Shown here: piece by piece, positions 38,592-50,955 of the stretch
Layout of the letters: each line of letters begins with the position of its first letter
Position numbering within the stretch: position 1 is the stretch's first letter
Made by a program: the position numbers and the translations under genes
The notes under the pieces: generated by a model
What the model saw: only the letters and a program-made list of their open reading frames with translations
Told to the model about the DNA's origin: nothing
Databases searched by the model: none
DNA from: Negaprion brevirostris
Lineage: Eukaryota
DNA: 64,000 nt
Reading direction: 5' to 3'
NCBI GenBank assembly: GCA_030324005.1
Contig: JARDVH010000110.1
Span: 69,196,341 to 69,260,340, forward strand

Positions 38592-39512
38592 GTGAGATAC
38601 ATCGTGCAGAAACCTGGTGATTCTCAAGAGCCGCCAGTTGATTTGTAAATGTCCTCTGAATCAGTGTCAGCAATTGACAGAGTATCTATCTATAAGCCTG
38701 TGTGAAGAACAGCTAAAATAGCTCCCCACAGGAAATGGTTTCTATTTTGGCTATTCTCCAGGTGCAAATTATTTTGTAACATTTAAATTGGCAAAAACAT
38801 AAACAGACCGCCCTTTGCCGAGGTTGTTTTATATCGGTGTGGGTTTGAGACAGTGTTAGTGTTACACATGTTAGATTCATAAGCTGGAAAAATGAAATAA
38901 ATCTGATACCGGGACAGACATTTTAACCTGAGCTATAGATGCTGAACAATCTCACTATTCTGGATGCTTAAAGACAATGTTGTGAGTTTCAATTATAGAA
39001 TTGGTCGAGAAACATTGGCAAGGTAGCTTCTTACTCCACCCAAAATGTTACTTACTGGTTGCTTTTATTTTAATTTAAAGATTGAACGAGTAAAATTGTT
39101 TAAGTAACAAATCAGAGCAGGAAGTCGTATTTCTTTTTGAGAATACTGGATGAGACAACCAACACATCTGTGCAATGTAACCAAGTTTAATCAAATAGAT
39201 GTCTTGAAGACTAATTAAACGTACGTGTATTAGACATTCCTGAAATAAAATGTGTAAGAGCAGAATAATAAGCAATGAAAGGCACAATTGTTGTTTTGAG
39301 GAGAATCTTGGAACTATAGCATGGATAAACTGAGGTTAAAAAACCAATAGCAAAATACTGTGGATACTGTGAACCAAAATGAGAAAATACTGAAAATACT
39401 CAACTAGTTTGGGTGCATCAAAAAGAGAAAAACAGAATTAACTTTTCATATTGAAGACCTTTCCCTAGAATTTCCTCAGCATGTGTTGGGTGCGTTTTTG
39501 CACAAGCTTTAA

Positions 39513-40090
39513 TTAGAATCCCAGGAGTTCAGCAGAAGGCCATTTGGCCCATCGTGTCTGCACTGACCACAATCCCACCTAGGTCCTATTCCCATAACTC
39601 CATTTACCCTGTTAGTCTCCTTCACACGAGGGGGCATTTTAGCTTGGCCAAGCAATCTAACCTGCACATCTTTGGACCATGGAAGGAAACCGGAACACCG
39701 GGAGGAAACCCACGCAGACACGGGGAGAACATGCACACTTCACATAGACAGTGACCCAAGCCGGGAATTGAACTTGGGTCAAAAAGAGAAAATGCTGAAA
39801 AATCTCAGCAGCTCTGCCAGCATCTGTGGGAGAGAGAATAGAGCCAATATTTCACGTCTAGATGATCCTTCATCAGAACAGAGAGAAAATGCTTCTGATG
39901 GTCATTGAGACTCAAAACTTTGGTTCTATTCTCTCCCCACAGATGCCATCACACCTGCAGAGATTTTCCAATATTTTCCATTTTTGTTTCAGATTCCAGC
40001 ATCTGCAGTATTTTGCTTTTATCTTAGAATTGAACCCAGATCCCTAGTACTGTGACGTAGCAGTGCTAACCACTGTGCCACCATGCCACC
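39513..40090 (-). mobile_element. HE1-like SINE interrupted by a hairpin element (39781-40026)
   Basis: The SINE body is continuous either side of the insert. GAATTGAAC is duplicated at 39765 and 40027. Confidence 0.85.
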
Positions 40091-40229
40091 TTTAAATAAA
40101 TTCTTCTGCAAACTAATGATATATTTGGACTTCACTGCATGGGTTTCTTTTAACCAACGCCTCATCGTTTATGATCTCTAAAGGTCCCATTTCATTAACC
40201 AGGAAACATCCTAAGATGAATTCAGAGAA

Positions 40230-41520
40230 AATGGAGGCTATCTTTATCCCTATTTTGGAATCCAATTTTTTGTAGTTTTATAAGATGTTTCAGAAGAATA
40301 GCTGGGTTTGGACTGTTAAGTGCAGTACTGTTTCAAATGTCAGAGAAAAGGCTGTTCATCTTTGACTGCTCACCTCTGACACCAATAAATCCTATTTGGT
40401 GAACAGTTTGGAGTTTTGCTTGCGAATAGAAAAATAGAAAACCCTTCAGCAGCAGAAACTCTGTTCTAGAGCAACCTTGAAATTCCACGAGGAATGCGCC
40501 AAACTGAAGGAATGGATGTAGATGAAAAATTACTCTAGTGTTCCAAGATTAAATGCTTCTGAAACTGCTGAGGTTTGCTGTTCTACTGCATCAGGAGCTG
40601 ACTTAGATAGTGTCCCAAGTGGATAACTGAACATCATCCTGACTGTAAATACAACTGACTGAGATTTTTGCAAAGCCAGCAAAATTATTTCTGTGAACCT
40701 CTTTTGAAACTGAACTTACATACTGGTCACCAAGTGGATTTGGGGCTGTGGACTCGTTCCCATTAGAATATTCATCTCATTATCAAGAAAAAGTGGATTC
40801 CTTTCTCTATTAATTTAAACAGCCCACTGCAGATTTCAGGTGCGAATAGCATTGTGATTCACTTTAAATAGAAATTTTTATGTTCCCTATGTACTGAAAA
40901 ATAATGTCAGCATCTATATGCTGCATGAAGATTCTAGCAGAATATATGTTCTGCTGCTCTACTTTGTAGGCTCATGTAATGGAGGCACTTTTACATATTC
41001 ACGTCTCTTGGTAAAATCATACAATGGGAAGATCTATCTGTTATGTATGTTATGTGTATGTACAAGTGCAAGCTGAAGTTCAGAATGCTGGACTCTGACC
41101 CTTGCAGCAATGTGATTACCTAGGTTGATAATGTGTTGCAAGGTGTTGACATGCGTGGGATTTGATAATGTTTTTTGATGCCAAAAATTGGCATCTTCTC
41201 AACTCCACAATAAATTATTGTATTTCAAGCCTTCAGATAGAACTCTTAGGTGGATTTGTTTTTGGTAATTTTTCAATAGTGGTGCCCTGCAATAACTTAT
41301 AAGCTGTTTTCCTTCACTAAGAAGATTGTTTTTGCTGTTGTATTGAAGGTCATGTAATCTCTACATCTGTGCAGGTTTTAGCTGATACAGATACATTGAA
41401 AGTAAGTTATTCTGGTTGTTCCTATGCTGCAGATATCTGTTTAAAACCGATACTTATACTAAGGATCCAGAAGACCTAAGTTATATTTCCAGCTCTTGGA
41501 TCCAGGGAAAATGGAGACAG
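40230..41520 (+). pseudogene. Highly decayed, internally deleted protocadherin variable exon relic
   Basis: Collinear cadherin-like fragments with stops and frameshifts: GVLLANRKI (40410, EC1), RLNASETA (40546, EC2), YILVTK (40717, EC4), LQISGANSIVIHFK*KF/YVPYVLKNNV (40827-40908, cf. LEISDVNDNAPRF...YTAYVMENNV), VKSYNGKIY (41011), QVQAEVQNAGL*PL/SNV (41063-41114, EC5). Possible donor CAG|GTGCTT at 41520. Confidence 0.7.
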
Positions 41521-44500
41521 GTGCTTGCAGACATGCACATTTCACTCACTAGTCAATTTTCATGTTCAGAGAGAGATGCCTCTCCATTTGTCCAAGTGTT
41601 AAGATTAAATTACCAAACATTAAGCTTGATTACTTTCCAGCCATCATTAACAATCATAGTGAAGCTAATATGTGGCTAAAATGATCTGAGGCTACCACAT
41701 GGAGACACTCACAGTATATTCTTTAAGCTGCAGTTATACTGCTGGTGTTCCATCAAAGTCATGTCTATTTCTGAGAAGAAGCTGTCCCATACTACTTTGA
41801 GTACACACCAAATAGTCCAGCCAGAAGCCAGTTTAAAAGTGTGCAGGTAATCTGTTGATAAGCTTTACTGTTAGTTTAAATAATATGTCACTGATTCTAC
41901 ATCATTATTAAACAGTAACCACAGAAAGCATGCAATTTTCTTCATGCTCAAACTATGCATTATTCCACAGTATGACTGGATTTTCCTGGCTGAACTACAC
42001 ATTATTATTGCTATTCACAGCTCAGTTGTGCTATATGGTTTGTCTCAAGGCAAATCTAAAATCATGCCAAATGAATGCAAACTGCATATTACCAGAAAGT
42101 CGAATAATTTTTCAGAAGAAACCACAGTCAAGATTTTAGGAGATTTAGGAATCAGATCATCTAAGCATTAGATGAACTATTCAGTTTCACATAATTGAGT
42201 TGAAATTTTGTCATTAATTCACAAACATGTGAGAAGTTGCACTTTTTTTGATCTTTCACCATTTTGCAGAGTTGTGTGATGGTTAAATAAAGTTTTCCAA
42301 TAAACTGAATAATATTTAAAGGAATAGGTTTGCAAGCATGCATGAAGTAATTGCACTGAGTAGTGAAATGATATATAGGCTAAATCATTAAAATTGGAGC
42401 TGGTGATTAAAGAAAAACTTCAAATGAAACGCTGCAAGAAAATGTTCCTAAGCAACAGGTATGTTGGAGGGTCCAAAGTACATTAGTAAATCACAGATGT
42501 AACATTTTTAATTGACACAGACATTTTTCAATGTAATATTAGGCATTCAGTGATGTAAAAGTAGTTTTAATACATTTAAAATATGGTCCTATTTCATATT
42601 GATTGAGCGGTGCTAAGTTTTGTTCCCTTGGTGTGATATAGTTTGCTGAACAATATCATCTCTGTATTTATAAATCAATTATGCAACATTCTTTTCCCTT
42701 TTTACAGTAGTGTAAATTATGTAAAATAATTCTAACATGAAGTTCCCTAAATTGTGTTTAGATAGGAACATTGGCAACATTTCCTGAGATAGTCTTAGTG
42801 CATGTCAATATGACAGCTATAGGAAAATTGTGTACTGCTGCTGCATTGTCTGAATCTTCTGTTTGTCCCTTACTTGACACTTTGCAGAGACAATGTGTGA
42901 GTCCCTGGAAGGATTCTCAGTTAAATCGGGTCTTCAAACCTGATACAATCACAGTTTAAGATAAGAGGAGAAGCATCTTTGGTTTCACAACTTAGTAAAA
43001 CATAAGGGGTATCAGTGCACCATTTGGACACATAAACACAGCATGCTTGCTGTGACACCAAAGCTGGTGGTTTGACAATAAAGCTATAGATCTCAGACTA
43101 GAATATAAGAGCAACATTCAGTAGAGTGACATTCAAAGCACACAGTTCAACAAGAGAATGTCTGATCCGTTCTGCTGTGATAAGATCAATCAATTGTTGG
43201 TCACTTCCCCCCTAATGCTGGAAGCTGCTCACGTTTAATCAGAGATTTGTAGTGTGCCATAAACTGGCATATTTCTGGCTGCTAGCCAATTCCTGATTCC
43301 TTTGTTCTACCAGTGGATTGATTTTCTACTTGGTTATTTTAATTGTCTGATGATACTTGGTGTAAATTTTTAAAATGTGTCTTATATCACAATAGCAATG
43401 CCAATAACCCATTAAGATACTGCAATGTCATTGCATTGTTCTTCATAATTCACCTTTTATGTGATCCATTTTGCTTCTTCAGACAGCAACATTTGTGATT
43501 TGTTTGAAAGATTGTCAAGATTGCTGGCTGTTAAAGAACTCAAATATATTATTAAATATTAGCCAGTACCATTAGAAATCAGAATAAGATTGAGATCATT
43601 GTATTTTGCAGCCACGACCAATGGCAATCCTTATCATAATACTGGGATGTGTGAGTTTTTCTGTTTAATTTTCACAACTTTTAATGTTAAAAAATGCTTC
43701 TACAGAGCAACTGATCACGAACAATAAAGCAAGATTTTGGAGGCTTTAAGTCCTATTCAATGAAATCCAGTTTGTGAGTGTACATTCCAATATTGATGCC
43801 CCAAATAAAGATTATTCTGTGATCAAAATACATTAAATAGATTATATCAATTAAACCAAAACTTCTTAGTTGAAGAAAAATATGAATTTTTAGAGGTATA
43901 AAATGTAAAAGCTCAGAAGTTATGATGAGACTGTGTAAAATTTTACTGATTCTTTAGTGTATTTTGTGACTCCACACTGCAGAAAGAATCCTGGAACTTT
44001 GGAAAGGGTACAACACAAGTGACTCAGACTCTGTCAGCTCAGAGTCTTTACAAAAAGGGCTTGAAAAATGCAAGCTCTTTATTTGGAGAATGCTGATTAT
44101 GGGGCAACATAACAGAAAAAATTAGAATTCTGAAAAATTAGAATAGAGTAGTTAGAATACAGTAGCAGTAGTTGAGGAGTTAGGAATAATGTTAAGCCAT
44201 TGGTTTAAGTAAAAAGATTTAGAATAGAGCCCAAGATAACCTTTGTTGTGCAAAGGATTTTGAAATTGGAATTGATTTCCTGGGCTATTGATTGATGTAG
44301 AAGCTATGTCAATAGGTAATATTTTCCTATGGGATTGAGGACGCTTACATCAGGACCAAATAGGGGTCCTAACCCTGCACCTGCCAGCAGCCAGACCAGT
44401 GGAGATATTTTTCAGGAAACAAACCCCTACTTGGCTGTCTTCACCCTTGCTGCCTTATTAAGTAGGACAAACAAATTCACAAGAGTACTGATCCAATTAC

Positions 44501-45156
44501 AGGGCTGACAGTTATAGCACCTTGCCAGAGGTGCTACAATTCCCACTTTAACTATTTAAATTGGAGCAAACTCTATGCATCTGGCAATGATCCCAGGCCA
44601 CATCTGCAAACTTCCCCAGCACCAGGAATGAACAGGGTTCACCACGAGTTTCCATGCTCCCTGCCATCCCATTCTCCTTCCCCACTCTCACCACCATGGA
44701 GCCAGGAACACACAGCCTAGTGTTGAAGAGCAGACTGGATTGGGGAATAAAGAATAATGGGCTCCAGTGACATGGGAACAGAAAGATGGTAAATGGGAGT
44801 TAAACTACTTTTTCACACAGAAGGTAAATACTGCGGTGAATAACAACAAGAACAGAAAATGCTGGAAAATCTCAATAGGTCTGACAGCATCTGTGGGGAG
44901 AGAATAGAGCCAACATTTCGAGCCTAGAGGGTCTAAATAAATAGACTCTTTTGATACTATAATTTCTGTGCATTTCTATCTTGGAAGGAGTACTTTTGTA
45001 AATTTGTTTCCATATAATTCAACAAGTTTTTTGTACAGAAAGATCAGTCCTTTGACTTTCCTTCCTCTTTACATGCAACTTTCTTTGTGGGGTCAATGTG
45101 GTAGATGACACTTAAGTAGAATATAATTCTAACCAATGTATTAATTTTCTTTGTAG

Positions 45157-45215
45157 GTCAAACAACCAAATGCTGACTGGCGTTTCTCACAGACTCACAG
45201 AGCTGAACTAAACAG
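45157..45215 (+). CDS. Protocadherin constant-region exon 1 (59 nt): VKQPNADWRFSQTHRAELN(S)
   Basis: Acceptor ttttctttgtag|GTC and donor AACAG|gtact. The phase 0 start matches all variable donors. The PNxDWR[FY]S motif and 59-nt length match constant exon 1 of Pcdh-alpha/gamma. Confidence 0.93.
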
Positions 45216-45619
45216 GTACTTGTTAATCTTTTCAGATTTTCTGGAACTTGATTTGTATATATTGGATTCAAAATTCATGGTTGTGGGTTTTGTACAGGCA
45301 TTGGTCATTTTTATTTATGTGTTCATGGGATGTGGGCATCACTGGCAACCCAGAAACTTTTGCCCATACCTAATCACCCTTGATCACTACAATCCATGTA
45401 ATGTGGACAGGGACTTATTAGAAAGGGAGTTCTAGGAGTTTGACCCAGTGAAGATGAAAGCAATGGAGTACATTAAACACACTGTATGAACATGTCCTCA
45501 ATGTTTTATGTTCATCAGGACATTTGGCTGCTTTCTTAAACATCAACAATTCAGTCTTTCCTATGCCATTGCCCTGTGGTGGAGTGCATAGAAACACTGC
45601 AGAATGGGGTACTCAGCCA

Positions 45620-45930
45620 TTTACATAAGAACATAAGAAATAGGAGCAGGAGTAGGCCATCTAGCCCTTCGAGCCTGCCCCGCCATTCAGTAAGATCANN
45701 NNNNNNNNNNNNNNNNNNNNNNNNNNNNNNNNNNNNNNNNNNNNNNNNNNNNNNNNNNNNNNNNNNNNNNNNNNNNNNNNNNNNNNNNNNNNNNNNNNGC
45801 AGAGAATTCCAGAGATTCACCACCCTTTGAGTGAAGAAGTTCCTCCTCAACTCCGTTCTAAACTGCACCCCGCCCCCCCCTTATCTTGAGGCTGTGCCCT
45901 CTAGTCCTACTGTCCTTTCTGAGCGGGAAA
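45620..45930 (-). mobile_element. CR1-like LINE 3' end
   Basis: CATAAGAACATAAGAAATAGGAGCAGGAGTAGGCCAT tail; minus-strand FRTELRRNFFTQRVVNLWNSL. Confidence 0.85.
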
Positions 45931-46065
45931 TTTAAACCTAACATTTAAACCTAACAAACACTAGGTTCTGACTCCCAGTTTGTGCTGTGTAAACTGGGGT
46001 AACAACAGGGATACCACATAGTTTTTATGGACCCTACGCTAAATAGAAGACAAGAATACAGCTTG

Positions 46066-46202
46066 TGGGCTGGAATTCTCTGACCTTGCCCATTCCTGGG
46101 ATTCTCTGGTCCCGATGCACTGAAGGGAGTGTTGGCTGAACCGAATTCTCCATTTTCACTGGCAGTGGTGGCAGGGTGAACAAGATTGGAGAATTCCACC
46201 CA
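46066..46202. mobile_element. Short MITE-like element (GGCYRGAATTCT termini)
   Basis: TGGGCTGGAATTCTC...GAGAATTCCACCCA; same family as the copies at 49430 and 50958. Confidence 0.65.
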
Positions 46203-46389
46203 TGATTTCTATCTAGTAGCTGCTACTGGAAAGGGCATGTGTGAATGTCAGCTGTGGGCAGCAGTGAGCTTAACTTTAAAGTTTCTAGTAGCTAAATAGT
46301 TTGTTAACATTTGCTCTCTAGGTATGCACATGAAGTGAGAGGGAGAGTAAAAATGGTAAAATTGAAAATGGTAAAAAGCGTTGCTTTGT

Positions 46390-47090
46390 AAAAAAGGTAG
46401 CTGAGGGGAGTTTTAATTGAGATGTATAAAATTCTGAGGAGCCTCAATGGAATAGACTGAAAGGAGCCACTTCCATTAAGAGAGGTCAGTAACCAGGTGG
46501 CAGTTAAAGGAATTGGTAGAGGTTTCAAGATGAGATGAGAAGAAATTGTTTCGCCCAGGAGAGTGAAATGAGTCTGAAACTCACTACCTGACAGGGTGGT
46601 AAAAGCAAATGAATAGCTTGGATGTGCACCAAAAGTGTCTTAACCTATCGGACTCTGGATCAAAGGCTGAAAAGTGCAGTTAGACATTNNNNNNNNNNTG
46701 TTTGTGTCAGCTACTTTAACAGCAAACCAAATACTCTCATTTCCCTGCTCTTTCCTCAAATATTCAACCAATTTCCTTTTGAAAGGTGCTATTGAATCTA
46801 TTTCTACCACCTTTTCAGGCCATGTATTCCAGGTTACTACAAACTAATGGATAAAAAAAAATTCCTCCTCTGTTTCTTATGCCATCGATCCTAAAGCTGT
46901 CCAGCCTGGTTATTGACCGTCCTGCAAATGGAATCAGTTTCTCTTTATTTACTCTATCAAAACTCCTCATAATGTTGGACCCTTCTATTAAGTTTGCCCT
47001 AATCTTCTCTGCTCCAAATCAAGCAACTGCAGTTTCTTTCTTCTCTCCATGTAATGAAAGTCTCTTATCTCTAGTTCTATTCCAAGTCCC
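46390..47090. mobile_element. Two degenerate CR1-like fragments in opposite orientations
   Basis: Plus-strand 46390-46690 (GATGAGAAGAAATTGTTTCGCCCAG..) and minus-strand 46740-47090. Confidence 0.6.
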
Positions 47091-47151
47091 TTATTCATGA
47101 TCTGATTCCAGTGATTAAGGTAGCTCAGTGAATAGAAAAGTTATACTGAAT

Positions 47152-47468
47152 AATAGAATCCTTACAGTGCAGGAGGAGGCCATTTGGCCCATCGAGTATG
47201 CACTGACTACAATGCCACCCAAGCCCTATTCCTGTAAACCCACAAATTTACCTTGCTAATTCCCTGACACTAGGGTCAATTTAGCATGGCCAATCAACCT
47301 AACGAACACATCTTTGGACTGTGGGCAGAAACCAGAGCACCCGGAGGAAACCCATGCAAACATAGGGAGAACGTGCAAAGTCCACACAGACAGTAACCTG
47401 AGTGCAGAATTGAAACCAGATCCCTGGTGCTGTGAGGCAGCAATGCTAACCATTGTGCCACTGTGCCA
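47152..47468 (-). mobile_element. HE1-like SINE
   Basis: Near full-length and similar to 2432-2714; head on the reverse strand GGCACAGTGGCACAATGGTTAGCATTGCTGCCTCACAGCACCAGGGA. Confidence 0.88.
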
Positions 47469-49429
47469 GAAATTACTTTAAATTATATAGCAAAAGCTGG
47501 ACAAAGTAAAAAAAAATCAGGAAATTCTGAAACTGAAATACTTTATAGGAAGAATAATCAAGGAATGAAATATAGTCGTGGTAGAATGGTGGAGGGGAAA
47601 CCCTGGAATGATTTTTTAAAAAGTGAAACACTGTGGGAGTGTTAAAATGTAAGATCCTTCAGGATAGAAAATAATTAAAAGGGGCTAAATAGTTATCCTT
47701 GTGAAAGCTGTTTTCCCTAAAAACCATAATCCTGCGATCTTCTGTGTTAAATGAAAGGAAATTAAACTCAGTTAATCTTTAAATAGCGCCAAGTAAAATA
47801 TCCCCATAGTAACAAAGTGATGATTAAAAGTAGGTTTCTTTCTGTGAATCATTAGAGTAACTAAAAATGTGGCCCTCCAACAGATTTGAATACCATCTGG
47901 CTTGTCAATGAAGAAAATTTTGCAATCTGTGATTTGTGTTACATTGTAAAATTGTACTCCAGTTCATCCTATTGGCCAGTTTAACCTACACAGAGGTTTG
48001 GATCAACATTTCTGCCAATTTGAATAGCTAATTCAATGCAGTGTTACTCACTTTTCCATTTCCTGCTCCCAATTTGAGGATGCTTTCCATTACATCAGGT
48101 TGTCTGAAGATTATTTTAAATGGCATACCTAACATATGCACTGGTTGTAGTTAAAGGGAAATTGCCACTTTAAACTTTACTTCAAAAATTGAATGAGATT
48201 GCATGTCTTTTAATGTGAAATATGCTCATTGGTAGAAAGCGGATGTTTCCACTTACCTAGTCCTTTAATAAAAACAGACTGTGGAATGGAGGGGAAAAAA
48301 ATCAATTCCTGGACATAAAGGCACAGTAATAAGGTGTTATTTGTTCCAAAACACATGCTTACAATTTAAAACTGTTTTATCTGTCAGCAGATGATGCAAA
48401 TATAGCAAAGTATAAAATGGCAGTAAAACACACATATTAATCCTCATTGTATAAATATTTAACTTTGTTTCCATCACTTACCCCGTATGGAATCTCCTAA
48501 CAAGTTAAATAGAAAATGCCAGAAATAAACAGCAAGGCAGTTAGTATGGATGGAGAGAAGAAGGATTAAGACTTTTTGGGTTTGTGATGTTGACCGACCT
48601 CCATGAATTTCTAGCAATTTCTGTAACTATTTTTAGCATTCAGTCTTTTATTTATGAGTTTCTTCAGTCGGTGACCTGGATAATTCAGGAAATCTTTTCA
48701 TGTGTACCTCGGCACTGAATTAATTATTTTAAAATCAATACCATTTTCTGAAAAGATTCTTTGCGGATGATGTAGGTTCACACAATGGCCACTTACTCAA
48801 ATCAGAGCAACTGTAGAACCCACCCAGTTCAACACAGTCAGGAGAGTATCTAGGGAGGAAGAGGAAGGAAATAAAGCTTCCGTCTCCTTCCAGTTGCATC
48901 CAATTTTCCCCCAAAAAATGTTCACTCATGCTAAGATGCAGGATACACAGACCCCTCCGATTTTTCTCTATTCACCATTTTCACATAAGAACTCGCCAGT
49001 GTGCGTTGAAATATTCTTTTTTGAATCATCGAATTTGCAGTCCATCATACCTGTGACAGCTCTTTAAAAAACTATCAAGTAGCGCTACTCACCTTTTCTT
49101 TCAGCATAGGTCCACATTTTTTTTATTTTCAACAACATAACTAATCCTCTTTTTATGTCATCCTTTGGCATATATTGCAAATCATTAAAACCCGCTATGT
49201 AATACAAATTCTCCTAATCTCCCCTTTAGCTATTTGGCAAATATTTTAACCCCGTGGTACCTGAAGCCCCTTATTTGTGGAAAATTCTGGCAAATACTCT
49301 CTGCATATTTTCCAAGGCCTTGACACCCTTCTAAAAGTGTGGTACCCATAATTGGGCATAGCACTCCAGCTGAGGACCAGTCAGTGATTGAGGAAGTTTT
49401 AGCATAAACTCCTTGTTTTTGGACTCTGT

Positions 49430-49566
49430 GGCCAGAATTCTCCAATGTTGCCTTCAGCTGGGATTCTCCAGTTCCTTTGCTGGGAATGGGGATTTGGCTG
49501 AGTGCCAAATTCTCCATTCTCTCTTTCAGTGGCAGCAAGACGAGTGAGACTGGAGAATTCTGGCCT
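49430..49566. mobile_element. MITE-like element inserted in a minus-strand CR1 fragment
   Basis: TIRs GGCCAGAATTCTCCA...TGGAGAATTCTGGCC. The flanking 49020-49430 is a CR1 remnant. Confidence 0.75.
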
Positions 49567-50104
49567 TTGCTTTTATGTAGAAAGCTGAGGACCTATCATA
49601 CTTTTATTCAAGAACTTGATTAATTTGCCCTGCTCCCTCCAAATTTGAGAATCTGACAACCATAAATTTTCTAGTCACTAAACTTTTGAGGTTATACAGA
49701 ATCTTGCCCCATCTTAAAAATGACAAATGCTTGCATTTATATAGTGCCTTTACAAAAGAAAACACAACCTCCAAGCTTATAAACATTCATCAGATAAGTG
49801 AGTAGAACCTTAAAGAAAGTGATAGTTTTAGGGAGCATCTTAAAGGAGGATAGAATGGATGAGAGATGAACTTTAGACAAGGATTTACCGTGTGCAAGAC
49901 AATGGAAAACTGTACCTTCAGGAAATGAGCAAGAGAGGTTGGGGAAGGGAAGAAATTTGGGGAAAATAAATCCTTGTTTTGAAAGGACAGTGGAAGAAGA
50001 ATTCATGATGCAAGTTAAAATCCTTAATTACATCTGATTTACTTATCTGTGCTTTTCACACATTCTTCAGCATGTTCACTGACTGTGTCCCTGTTGTTTC
50101 ACAG

Positions 50105-50334
50105 TACTCAGTATCTGGAGGAGGAAGGAGTGCAGCGTGATGTACAGCGTGAAGCCCAGCGAGAAGTGCAGTGCGACGTGCAGCGTGAAGTACCACGTGA
50201 CGTGCAGTGTGAGGTGTCCCGGAATATTCAGCGCGAGGTTCAACGTGATGTGCCATGCGACGTGCCGCGTGTTGTCGAGAAAGACCCTGGCGGACCAAGG
50301 AAACCAATGTCTGCGCGGCCTGCAGCCATCCCTG
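50105..50334 (+). CDS. Protocadherin constant-region exon 2 (230 nt): (S)TQYLEEEG-(VQRD/E-like)x12-VEKDPGGPRKPMSARPAAIP
   Basis: Acceptor ctgttgtttcacag|T and donor CCTG|gtcagt. Phase 2 in completes the Ser codon from exon 1 and phase 1 out matches alpha/gamma constant exon 2. GC/CpG-rich open frame within an AT-rich intron (inside ORF 50049-50423). Confidence 0.85.
50130..50285 (+). repeat. Coding 12-bp tandem repeat (~13 units, consensus GTGCAGCGTGAN)
   Basis: Units translate as VQRD VQRE AQRE VQCD VQRE VPRD VQCE VSRN IQRE VQRD VPCD VPRV VEKD. Confidence 0.9.
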
Positions 50335-50955
50335 GTCAGTGCTGGACAAATAGCAACATTCATGTTGGAGTCTACTGTTCAGACAGGTCAAAATTAACCT
50401 TTCTCAAGCATTTTCCTCTTTAGAGACAGAGCAGAGAGATATGCTGATTACCAGATTTTCCATGAGTAGACAAATGAGCAATTAGTATGCTGGACATAAC
50501 AGACTTGGAAGTCATGCTGTGCGGATATTAGCATAAACCCACAGGGTCTATTTTCATGAAATTGTTTTCTCCATCTTCTTAACAGAAATGATATAGTATT
50601 TAAAATAAGCCATTAGCATTTCTGTTAACATAAAGGAATATCATCCACTTGTACTTCAGTTCAAGATTCTCACTGCATAAAAAAAAAGTTATGTGACTTG
50701 TGAGAAGATGCCAGCAAATATAAGTTGGGAAAAATAATGAAAATTAAGAACTTCTGGTATGTGATGCACTTTGTAAAAGAATAATTTTGCAACAAACCAT
50801 TTTGATGTCAGGCCTCATAACCTGAAAGCAATTCAGGTTTGAGAAAATTCTGCATGTGGACTATGGCTGAAAGGTCCATTATCATATTAATATTACACCC
50901 ACAAAATAGACAAGGAGACTAGAATCAATGTCAACAATAATTGTAACAAAAGAGA

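Noticed and set aside
6824-38648. ORF read-through tails after each GAG|GTGAG donor (possible beta-like unspliced isoforms)
   Set aside because: The tails are 4-27 codons with no shared sequence, as expected for intron read-through. This cannot be supported without transcripts.
46489-46504. CTCF-like ACCAGGTGGCAG
   Set aside because: Lacks the leading CC and lies in a decayed CR1 segment.
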